Assembly (NCBI GenBank): GCA_028822845.1
Contig: JAPKCS010000001.1
Location: forward strand, 68,416-132,415
Reading direction: 5' to 3'
DNA from: Candidatus Poseidoniaceae archaeon
GTDB lineage: Archaea > Thermoplasmatota > Poseidoniia > Poseidoniales > Poseidoniaceae
DNA length: 64,000 nucleotides
How positions within the stretch are numbered: position 1 is the stretch's first letter; each line of letters opens with the position of its first letter. Made by a program: the position numbers and the translations under genes. Positions 35,801-43,200 of the stretch are shown here, one piece after another. The notes below the pieces were generated by a model. That model searched no databases. It saw nothing but the letters and a program-made list of their open reading frames with translations, and was not told the DNA's origin.

Positions 35801-37937
35801 GGCTCCATCTGCAGGATTGATTTCACTCCCTGAGCCACAACCTGACAACTCTCACCTGTGCTTCTATGACGGAAACGGCGACAACTTCCCAGACCGTGAC
35901 TTCAATCAAGACGGAATTCTTGATCGGAATGAAACAGTTGGCTGCTTGAAATCCAACATCAGTCCATTGAATCCGCAGTTGCTCCGCGATGACCCAGAAT
36001 CCTTCCTTCCCGATGGATTCGGCCCTGTCAACGTAATTCTCCGGTTCGAAGAAAACCTACCGAATGAAGGATGCCAGGGGCTCCAAGCCAGTTCCCTGAC
36101 CATTCAAGGTGCATGGGATTCTTGTACGAGCGTTCCAGGAAACGATCACTTCCGGCTCAAGATGACCAACAACGCCAACGGGTTCTCCTTGATTGGACGA
36201 ACGACGCTAACAGTGGACGATCAAATCGTCTACACCAGCGAAGTCAACCCGGTCACGGGCGAAATTGTGCCAAAGCCAATGATTGTCACTGGTCAACTGC
36301 AAGATGAACTCGGAACCAACCTCACCAACCGAAACATCCGTGTCAGCTACGAGATGATCAACGGCCAATCCAACCCAACCTCGTGCCTGAGTGGCATGAC
36401 GGATATGGACGGCCAATACTCGATCCTCTGCCCGCTTTCTGACGTGATGGCTGGAAAGGCTAAGGTCAGCGTGACGTACTCTTCGTACGATAACAACGAT
36501 GCTTACCGCTATGAGAACAAGACCATTCAGACAGAATTCGACGTGTTCTCGAATTCCACCCTTGCTATCAACGAAGTTGGACCATTCAAGTCCAGCGTTG
36601 AATCGTGGACTGCTCCAAATGGTTCGAACTTCCCAGTGCTGTACCTCAAAGAGTCGTTCCACATCGATGCTAAACTGACTCAATCCAACGGGCAGTTTGT
36701 CGGTGGAAAGTGCTTGAACATCTACCTCGACCCTGAGCAAAACATCCGCCCAGTGTCCACAATCCGCACCAGCGAAATTGATGGAAGCATCGAATGGTTC
36801 AGCGGCGACCCAAGTCAAAACCCGACCTTGAAGGGTGTTGAAACTACGGGCGGTAAGTTGGAAGGATTCCGAACACTTCGTGTTGCCTTTGAGCCTGACG
36901 TCAACGTTCCAGGCGGCTGTGACAAAGATTCCTCCAATGTCTTGAACGGTTCGTTCGTTGACATGGGCATCCTCGTCCGCTCCCGTGTGGATTTGCAAGT
37001 CAAGCAAACATGGAGCCACCTTGCAGGAAATGGATTGGACAACGATGAAGCCGTCGTTGGTTCGATTGCTTTGCTCCGAGATCGTCTCGACCTCGCTGTC
37101 GAGAACGAAGAGGTTTGGTTCGTCCGTCAATACTGGTCGGAAGCTAACACCGAATGGGTTGTTGAGGGCACAAACAAGTCCAAGACAAACGAACAAGGTG
37201 TTGCAGACTTCGAATGGGCTTTCGGTGGCGAATCGTGTGACGGTGAACCTTGTGAAGGTCGCTGGCGAATCATCGCTTACTACCCTGGCTCGACATACTT
37301 TGCAGAATCACAGGACAACATCACGCACGAATTGATTTACGAAACACCATCGGGCATTGACGCCCAGTCTGCGTTCTTCACACCAGCGCGTGGTATGGCC
37401 CTCGGTATCCTTCTGATGGCGCTGTTGATCGGTGGCTTGGTCTACTACCAACGCGCCCAAGAACGTCGCCAGGTCCAAGCATTGAAGGGTATTCTCACCG
37501 ACACCATGATGCAACTTCAAGCAACCAATGAATACATTGCAGCGATCTTTGATTGCTACAAGAGTTTGGTGAAGTACTTCAAGCGCTATGGATTCATGAA
37601 GAAGGTGTACGAAACCACTCGTGAATTCGAGTCTGCAGTCCGTGCAGCATTCAGCATGGTTCCTTCTGACCAACTCGGCGGGTTCCTGTCGATCTTCGAA
37701 GAAGCACGCTACTCTGATCACACCATCGATGCTTCACACCGAGACAGAGCACTCCAAACACTCGACGCAATCGTTCGCTCGCTGACCGCCGCTCTTGGCG
37801 AGGAAGCAGCAGTCGGCCGCAAAGAATTGGTTGGCCTGTACGATCAGCAAACCAAGGCTGGTGAATTCGTCGCAGCAGATGGCTCGGTTCGCCAAGCCGG
37901 AATCGTCGAAGGCGAAGGCACAGATTTCAAGATTTGA
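29838..37937 (+). CDS. Giant (2699 aa) membrane-anchored surface protein. N-terminal signal/TM, tens of TSP3-like Ca-binding DxDxDGxxD repeats, a beta-rich N-glycosylation-sequon-rich stalk, a C-terminal TM helix and a ~165-aa cytoplasmic domain.
   Basis: Repeats DHDNDGINDLADLDDDNDGIYD and similar. Many NxT/S sequons. TM GMALGILLMALLIGGLVYYQRAQERRQ near the C-terminus, followed by a soluble tail. Confidence 0.75.
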   Translation: MLSNVQNETLQTRQKLTMSLTIVFLMLSSTLLAVVQDFSSEDMVEITGFQEGQRVGQSIAQSTTQGGQGDWNGDQDPWHNSNHPSVTDLMWSDPGVMSGIITDLSAIEALAPAYSLYLEESNTNDHDNDGINDLADLDDDNDGIYDLLERFDGCYGTNPFDHDNDGILDADDWDDDNDGILEGPLDIAALEALGLDPINVTTDRRLDEFIIHPWTGDPVGAFYLADQNPMDHDNDGVTDEDSDGSGPGRYDEDDDNDARIDQFKWPCDLDSDGIQDYFDNDDDGDGVDDVTDSHPYDASITSTHVEAGNLYDAAVSWDFNSYRVYSGGVNFLNAELNRVNAVTAPSVTSTSPNGIPAFTTIIDGDLDGDMIPNFIDPDNDNDGTPDSSDTDDDNDGILDMSDPDDDNDGIHDVCINIDVNGDNKGDYNGLLNGESTALDASTLASGLGYVTSTGVATSAQSGTGMTVDIVANAASGGEVTSVTINAAGYGYSVGEQISVTGGNSGASIDVASVTTINFETPGADGDGDGNIDCEIDYDQDLDDDRLRPFDQNYNAIYDWLDADMGGTTSPDNLGDITVSGDASNFEYDLDDDQIQNENDSFPLDKTSEVATWNCPTMATPNPTNPDPRCITRRASFSQFNDWDGDGIANWDDVDDDGDGIIDVLDIDWDCDLDNDADLHAINGALYRDDGPNSIDSDIDGDGLENSIDWDDDNDGIADLYDPDDGNCGTVDYDPSDAFARPFYPVDDGGTLDGSQDSTPYIDNATDHWNLLFWHNPFSDVVLNYNGYDATTSPATPGTVPEFYWFMFARWSSYNGGNDWDIDADGDSLTNGLDTDQDADGLPDWWDQDESNDGVMDVDDPKMGGSFNLSQCGWTAGNLGSGFACGYAYATAYHMPLNGINAQFGSPYSTRPDAFVNQGATPGGATNNWSCTPGAQGGCYHYDFGGDGTIESGISHVQMTDNRDAFVTWVGLSTGLWQWTSDNGPIADFPDELGADLLKNDVDGDVDGDFTNMTVDLDNDYDSVYDWYDVDDDNDGIWDYFEIDSDDDYDNDAGQENGNFFSGTNCDDNDDDGNDADIDNDGFFQAVWDQGIMSQGLREPALYDVDNDNDGVPDAEDTDDDNNGILDVDQELLPGCFWGEESSPFDHDNDNIVDWADDDWDGDGIANDVELAISLTRAFDHDNDGTRDDIDEDDDEDGMKDEDEVLLWPTRFDRNSTNPWDHDDFGNGEGIANTLDLNTGPDGIDQDDDNDSRNDLDFDHLEETFTSTPCYNGGESSDWDSDNDCNLDRDDKAPTFITLNLPNNLWLDAQAPAIFSGHVDWVNPITGQLEAATGLPVQVHIEWTGNNTTAIETIDVLTTASGNFSVGQFLYPEDLTVGDNTTYRVYAEVTEMFAFNGNQSQSYYVGAEANLTADIFMNGYFRSDEQPFWVDMWSYYTADIQRGIFDNLVPSIPMTFSVRGGIFGNLTHPTNFTGLGGDGYRSGPSGLVSVTFVQDIGINGVWKQIKWNSTRDNGVGKVPGGYEEVAWNSNTNMLEPLLDSTGSIIEYDYTNTSLPAGDYEVTASVRPEIASEWPFPYLHGDDTEPQSIRVMHRMNIEAQMILEGINPVFYYDATINNGDGSFGNWATLFHQEALNGANLNFNDVSKAKPYPTNWDGAPASLLGEAANLRNFISTNSTHWFINLVNGGDGDLPPCGAVDPTDPLSEVRCEIVPEMNTGDSLQIIGSVTNRTNDAWDADPVALQVDVDGNGQFLGAGETAYTQRPIMNNGVAEFDYNWSWYSQYGSGTYGMRVDFTNSAYYFTGNSSTLAATGAYINVTVVGTTDFQTTSLPRLYRNSSTTIQAKLVDNSLQPVRNVPVNYTWSADGRSGVNYTDENGFFEIPFNISAQDSLGNFSLQFEFAGTPLLKGNTMVQEVWVVSRTYLSVITADPNIRQSGDRWDFTAQVVDDNKTSIRDAGGSALDGANSGLVDVIFEGTDFSGVFYRQVVATLAPSAGLISLPEPQPDNSHLCFYDGNGDNFPDRDFNQDGILDRNETVGCLKSNISPLNPQLLRDDPESFLPDGFGPVNVILRFEENLPNEGCQGLQASSLTIQGAWDSCTSVPGNDHFRLKMTNNANGFSLIGRTTLTVDDQIVYTSEVNPVTGEIVPKPMIVTGQLQDELGTNLTNRNIRVSYEMINGQSNPTSCLSGMTDMDGQYSILCPLSDVMAGKAKVSVTYSSYDNNDAYRYENKTIQTEFDVFSNSTLAINEVGPFKSSVESWTAPNGSNFPVLYLKESFHIDAKLTQSNGQFVGGKCLNIYLDPEQNIRPVSTIRTSEIDGSIEWFSGDPSQNPTLKGVETTGGKLEGFRTLRVAFEPDVNVPGGCDKDSSNVLNGSFVDMGILVRSRVDLQVKQTWSHLAGNGLDNDEAVVGSIALLRDRLDLAVENEEVWFVRQYWSEANTEWVVEGTNKSKTNEQGVADFEWAFGGESCDGEPCEGRWRIIAYYPGSTYFAESQDNITHELIYETPSGIDAQSAFFTPARGMALGILLMALLIGGLVYYQRAQERRQVQALKGILTDTMMQLQATNEYIAAIFDCYKSLVKYFKRYGFMKKVYETTREFESAVRAAFSMVPSDQLGGFLSIFEEARYSDHTIDASHRDRALQTLDAIVRSLTAALGEEAAVGRKELVGLYDQQTKAGEFVAADGSVRQAGIVEGEGTDFKI

Positions 37938-37957
37938 AACCTGATTGAAGGCATCAG

Positions 37958-37982
37958 AGGGGCCTCACATGAGGCCCCTTTG
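37958..37982 (+). terminator. GC-rich hairpin (9-bp stem AGGGGCCTC / GAGGCCCCT, loop ACAT) followed by TTT, 21 nt after the giant-gene stop
   Basis: cagAGGGGCCTCacatGAGGCCCCTttgag. Confidence 0.35.
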
Positions 37983-38033
37983 AGCTTCATGTTCGCCTTA
38001 ACATTCAAGGAGCAGATGTTGTGTGGTGATACC

Positions 38034-38477
38034 ATGGACGATTGGAAGGAACTTATCGGCGAGGCTATGCAAATTGAGACAACAGACACCATTGCGGCGT
38101 TCAAAATTTACGAACGTGCGGTGATTGCAGGCCTCACAACCTCGCAGAACCTCTTGGATGACGTCGAGGCAGCACAGATCATCGAAGCCATTTATGGCGC
38201 TCTGGTTGCTTATTCTCAAACCATTATGCTCCGCATGAAGGCAGAAGATCCAGAGATTGGTGGAGTGGACCACGCTTTCCGAGCAGGCCAAGCCTACGGT
38301 GTCTCATGTGTTCTCAACCACCTCATCGACAAGCTCACAGATGTCACAGGTGGAACTGAATTGGGCGCTATGGACGCATTCTCGGACACGCTTCATGACG
38401 AAATCATCATCCAAGGTCGAGCCGCAGGTTTGACCATCGAACTTCTCGATGCACAAGGCGATATTCTTCTTGAATGA
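38034..38477 (+). CDS. Small acidic cytoplasmic protein, unknown function
   Basis: The ORF track gives 37980..38477. The ATG at 38034 (MDDWKELIGE) avoids the terminator hairpin. No recognisable domain. Confidence 0.4.
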   Translation: MDDWKELIGEAMQIETTDTIAAFKIYERAVIAGLTTSQNLLDDVEAAQIIEAIYGALVAYSQTIMLRMKAEDPEIGGVDHAFRAGQAYGVSCVLNHLIDKLTDVTGGTELGAMDAFSDTLHDEIIIQGRAAGLTIELLDAQGDILLE

Positions 38478-38566
38478 GGCTAATTCGGCGCTTTCACTTT
38501 GCTCATTGCCGCGCCCTAGAATCAACGCACTGCGGCGCGAAGAAGTGACCGCCCGCGTCGGTGCAT

Positions 38567-38575
38567 TGATAATGG
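38567..38575 (+). promoter_or_regulatory. TATA-like element (TTGATAATG) upstream of the ribosomal protein/rpoN operon, with SD GAGGGAG 5 nt before the L18e ATG
   Basis: cattgataatggg...catcGAGGGAGtcaaATG. Confidence 0.3.
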
Positions 38576-38618
38576 GATGGCGAGTCGGCGAATTGCTTCA
38601 AAGCATCGAGGGAGTCAA

Positions 38619-38984
38619 ATGAGCAATCCGACACAAAAGACAAACGCCCGACTGGTTGATGTAATCAGCCAGTTGAAAGCCCAGTCGCGTGATACCGGAG
38701 CCGCTGTTTGGCGAGATGTGGCCATGAGACTCTCTAAGAGTCGTAAAAATTGGGCGCAGCCGAACTTGAGCCGTGTAAGCCGCTTCGCCCCCGAGGGTGC
38801 AACCATCCTCGTTCCAGGCAAGCTGCTCGGCTCAGGTGAATTGTCTGCCAACCACACGATCGCCGCCTACAGTGTCAGCAATGGTGCACGTGAGAAAATA
38901 GAAGCCGCTGGAGGTCGATTCATGACCTACGGCGAGCTGATGAATGAAAACCCAACAGGCACGGGGGTTGTTATCCTTGGATGA
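38619..38984 (+). CDS. rpl18e: Ribosomal protein L18e (eL18)
   Basis: 121-aa product MSNPTQKTNARLVDVISQLK...GTGVVILG, of typical L18e length and N-terminus. SD GAGGGAG sits upstream. The ORF track starts earlier, at 38577. Confidence 0.75.
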   Translation: MSNPTQKTNARLVDVISQLKAQSRDTGAAVWRDVAMRLSKSRKNWAQPNLSRVSRFAPEGATILVPGKLLGSGELSANHTIAAYSVSNGAREKIEAAGGRFMTYGELMNENPTGTGVVILG

Positions 38985-39462
38985 AACAACCTACGTCTTT
39001 GACGCTGATGGCCTGATCCTAGGTCGCCTCGCCTCTGCCTCTGCAGACCTTCTTCTGAAGGCTACTCGGGCTGATCGTGACGACAAAGTCATCATCATCA
39101 ACGCAGAGAAAGCAATCGTTTCCGGACGACCACGCTCTGTTCTGAACACATACCACAAGAAGTATGAACTGAACCACGCTCGAAAGGGACCTTTCTTCCC
39201 ACGTATGCCTGATATGATCCTCAAGCGTGCAGTTCGTGGAATGCTTCCATACCAAAAGATATCCAGTGGCCGCCGTGCTCTCCGCAACCTACGCGTTGAG
39301 ATTGGTTGTCCAGCCCACCTTGCTGGAGATCTTCCTGACGGCCACCAACACGGTGACCTCACCAAGATTCGTAAGGCAATGCCTGAGCGATTCATTCGCT
39401 TGGGTGACATTAGCGCCGATCTCGGCGCACCAACCCACCGCTGGGACGGAGGTGAGCAATGA
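38944..39462 (+). CDS. rpl13: Ribosomal protein L13 (uL13)
   Basis: VFDADGLILGRLASASADLLLK, IINAEKAIVSG, KGPFFPRMPDMILKRAVRGMLP are canonical uL13 blocks. The start may be the in-frame TTG at 38977, which would avoid the overlap with L18e. Confidence 0.85.
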   Translation: MKTQQARGLLSLDETTYVFDADGLILGRLASASADLLLKATRADRDDKVIIINAEKAIVSGRPRSVLNTYHKKYELNHARKGPFFPRMPDMILKRAVRGMLPYQKISSGRRALRNLRVEIGCPAHLAGDLPDGHQHGDLTKIRKAMPERFIRLGDISADLGAPTHRWDGGEQ

Positions 39463-39899
39463 TGGCTCGTAAGAAACAACAAAAGTCAGTTCAATCTTCA
39501 GGAAAGCGTAAGACCGCCGTTGCTCGTGCATCGTTGAAGGCAGGTAAAGGACGGGTTCGTGTCAACAGCGCACCTATCGAAATTCTTTCACCTTCCCTCG
39601 CACGACGTAAGGCTATGGAACCACTCATCATTGCTGATGCAATGAAGCGACTCAGCAAGGTCGACATCAGCATCACAACGCTTGGTGGCGGAATCATGGG
39701 TCAAACAGACGCCATCCGAACCGCAATTGCACGTGGACTCGTCCACTACAACGGCGGCAAGGAAGGAATCGATGAAGAACTCCGAGACGAATACCTTCGC
39801 TTCGATCGCAGCCTCTTGGTGAACGATCCACGGCGCAAGGAAGCGAAGCACCAACTTGGTCGCGGTGCTCGACGCAAGAAGCAGAAGTCCTATCGATGA
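39459..39899 (+). CDS. rps9: Ribosomal protein S9 (uS9)
   Basis: SGKRKTAVARASLKAGKGRVRVN...GGGIMGQTDAIRTAIARGLV...RRKEAKHQLGRGARRKKQKSYR, canonical uS9 including the C-terminal KSYR. Confidence 0.9.
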   Translation: MMARKKQQKSVQSSGKRKTAVARASLKAGKGRVRVNSAPIEILSPSLARRKAMEPLIIADAMKRLSKVDISITTLGGGIMGQTDAIRTAIARGLVHYNGGKEGIDEELRDEYLRFDRSLLVNDPRRKEAKHQLGRGARRKKQKSYR

Positions 39900-39908
39900 G
39901 GTGATGAA

Positions 39909-40112
39909 ATGATTATTCCAGTACGATGTTTCAGTTGCGGTGGCGTTATTGCCCATAAATGGGAAGAATTCAACGAACTTAAGGCCGCAGGTCTTGAGGA
40001 AGCGGAAGCTCTTGACAAGGTTGGCTTGATGCGTTATTGCTGCCGCCGTATGTATGTGGGTCACATCGACCTCATCTACGAGGCAGCTCCTTTCAGCGCT
40101 TCGACTCAGTGA
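39909..40112 (+). CDS. rpoN: DNA-directed RNA polymerase subunit N (Rpo10/RpoN)
   Basis: [21 protein letters not shown]...RYCCRRM carries the Zn-binding CxxC...CC motif. 67 aa. Confidence 0.85.
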   Translation: MIIPVRCFSCGGVIAHKWEEFNELKAAGLEEAEALDKVGLMRYCCRRMYVGHIDLIYEAAPFSASTQ

Positions 40113-40137
40113 GTCTCGATCGAAGATCAAAACACGG

Positions 40138-40212
40138 GGGCCCGTGGGTTAGCTTGGCCTATACTTGGCGGCTGGGGGCCGTCAGACCCCAGTTCAAATC
40201 TGGGCGGGCCCA
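40138..40212 (+). tRNA. tRNA-Pro (anticodon GGG)
   Basis: Acceptor GGGCCCG/CGGGCCC with A73, anticodon stem-loop GGCGG-CTGGGGG-CCGTC, T-arm CCCAG-TTCAAAT-CTGGG, D-loop with GG. 75 nt, 25 nt after rpoN. Confidence 0.7.
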
Positions 40213-40281
40213 TCTGATCTTCTCTCCTTTGATTTCAATCGACGCGAAGTGCTCCACATCGATTAACAGGAACCCTTTGGT

Positions 40282-43200
40282 TTGATATGGCTGGCGCGAG
40301 AACAATCGACCATGCGAACCCTTCAGGCCTCCACGCTGGTCTCTCTGCTTTTGTTGGCATCCCTCAGCGCAGTGTTTCCACACGCCCTAGCAGCTGATAC
40401 CACGGTCAACAGCGAAACCACATGGTCAGGCGCTGTTGTGCTGACAGGAAACGTTACTGTGGCCAATGGAACAACGCTCACCATCAAGCCCGGCACAACG
40501 GTGGATGGTGGTGATGATCACTGGATCCTCGTCAAAGGAACCCTCCTAGCCACCGAGACAACCTTCTCTTCTTCACACACCCCGCTTACCCAAGGTTCCC
40601 ATGGTGCGGGCCTCTGGGTCGGGCTCCATGTTGAAACAACAGGCCATGCCGTGCTCACCAACATCACCATCAACAACGCCAAAACCGCCGTTCGCAACGA
40701 CGGACAGCTTCACGCATCAGACCTCATCATCAATGACGCCTACATAGGCATCAACAACGCAGGTACCGCTACAGTTGCACGACTCACGGCCAACGACATC
40801 GATTACGACGTGGTACGCAACCCAGGGCATTTCACTCTCGAAGAAGCAACCATCACCAAGGTGGCAGGGGGCATTATTTCGTCTGGAACCGCCACCATTT
40901 CAGACGCTTCATTCATTCAGACAGGCTCTGCTCTCAAAGCAACCGCCGGACAATTTGACGCTACCCGCATCGGTTTCGATGCTGTGACGGTTGGTATTGC
41001 TAGCCGCGCAGGAGCGTCCATGTCGGTCTCGAGCATCACAGGAACGGACGTTGCACTCACCGTTGACGCTGGCAACAGCGACGATCTCACATTGACCAAC
41101 ATGGTCGTCGAAGGCCACCGATTGCTGGTCGCAAGTGGAGCAACCATGGTCTCAGGGCACGACATCACCTTTGTCGGCGACCTCAACGAAACACGGGCCA
41201 CCATCGATCAGCGGTGCAGCGGCGTATGCAGTTGGACAGAGACAACGCTCAACAACGTCGTGTGGGGCCTTGCTCTCTCTGGCGAGGGCACGCACATGTT
41301 GACCAATGTGACCGCCGTGGCAACCGAGCGCAACCTCGATGCTTCTGGCAACGGGGCTCTTATCGCTACCGAACTCAATCTGAGCGGTTCAGCTGCAGCC
41401 ATCAGCCTTCGAGGGCCAGACAGCGACATCGATGGAGCATCGATTTCATTGACTTCTGCTAACTCGATTGGCTTGGATGTACTCGATGGTCTCCATGACT
41501 GGAAGGATGTCGAAATCTCGAAACCCTATTCTTCCCAGGACCTCACTTCCATTGGTGTGAAAGCATGGTACAGCACCATCGCTGTCCAGGCACTTTCAAT
41601 CACTCATTTTGCAACTGGAATTGACGCCAGTGATGCAACGATTACGGGCGACACGATCACTGCTGTCGATGGAAAGACGACCGGCCTTGTCCTCCACGAC
41701 TCCGCTGTCACCGTCGACACCCTCTCGACACGGGTCTTTTCCACCGGCGTCCACATGGAAGGCGACTCAACGCTTCATGTGACAGATTGGCTTGCAGACT
41801 TGCACGCAACACCGTTGAACCTCGATACCGATTGCACAGCCATCGTTCGTAACTTCCAGCCTCAAAACACCCAAGCCTCCTCATCGGATGCTTTGGGCGA
41901 TGGCTCTCTTTTGTACGGCGGTTCGACCACCGCATCGATTGCAACCTCTTCTTCCGCCTTCTTCGAAGAAACACCTGTGACCTTCACCGACCTCGCAGGC
42001 TCACCTGTGGAAGCCACCATCTTGGTGCATGGTTTCACGGTTATGAGCAACAGCAACGGAGCCGCAACGCTTCCTTTACTCGCTCAAGGCAGCACGGTTG
42101 ACGTGAGCCTTGGTGGCGCAGGCATCCGCGTGGTCTTGTACGGGGCAACGATGGGCCAATCGGTTCAGGTCGCGGTAATTCCGCAAGGTGATTGGACCAT
42201 CACAAGTGGACAAACAGTGTACCTTGGAGCCCGACTGGATGGCTCACCTCACATTCTCAGTGGCGACCTCACCCTCGAGACTGGCAGCGGTTTGCAATTG
42301 GACCACACCACGCTTTTGTTGCCTTCAACTGGAAGCGTAAGCGTGCAAGGTACGGCCCAACTGTTCGGAGACGCCTCCACCATTTCTGCACAATCCTTCA
42401 CGATGGGTTTGGACAGCACCCTTTCTTCTTCCAACGCCGAAGACGGGTTGACGGTGATTGGCAACGTTTCGTGGTCATGCCAGACCCTACGCACTTCGGA
42501 GTATGTTCATATTCAAGGCAATTTGATGCTGCAGCCCGGATGCAAACTGGATCTTCTCGCAGGAACAGTTTCGGGGTCAGTTTCGGCTCTTACTGGTGCG
42601 GAATTGAATGTGCTTTCCAAACTGACCGTCCGGGTTCTCGACCAAGGAACGCCTGTCGAAGGTGCGTTAATCTCAGTGGATGGCGCGGTTGCATCAACTG
42701 GCACCGATGGCCGTTTGAGCACCACTGCGATCGCTCGTAAAGTCACCGACAGCAGTGAAATCGTTGGCGGTATCAAAAACATCAACCTTCAAATCGGCTC
42801 CTTTACAGATTTTGTAACATGGGATTCCTCCACCTCCTTTGACCACACATTCATGGCTTCAAGGATCGATGGTGGAACGCTCGAACAATGGCTCGTGCTT
42901 GAATCACAATGGAGCCCATATTTCCTCGATGAAGATTTGACGGTGGCCCAAACAGGTACGCTGAGCATCGATGACGGGGTTTCCGTACGTATTTCAGAAG
43001 GCCACACAATCACCGTTGACGGAACAATGAACGTCGGTGACGCCACCCTTTCATCAACCGGACAAGGGGCGAGGTGGGGAGGGATGCACTTGGGTTCCCT
43101 CACGTCTTCTTCGATCGATTTGTCTGCAACTTCCATCTTCGAAGCCTCACCAGCACTCACCGTGTCAAGCCTCGGTAGGTTCAGTGCAGACGGCTCAGAC

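Noticed and set aside
36207-37196. 329-aa minus-strand ORF inside the 2699-aa giant gene
   Set aside because: It lies entirely within an uninterrupted 8.1-kb sense ORF with clear repeat and TM architecture. The antisense frame is open by chance in GC-rich sequence.
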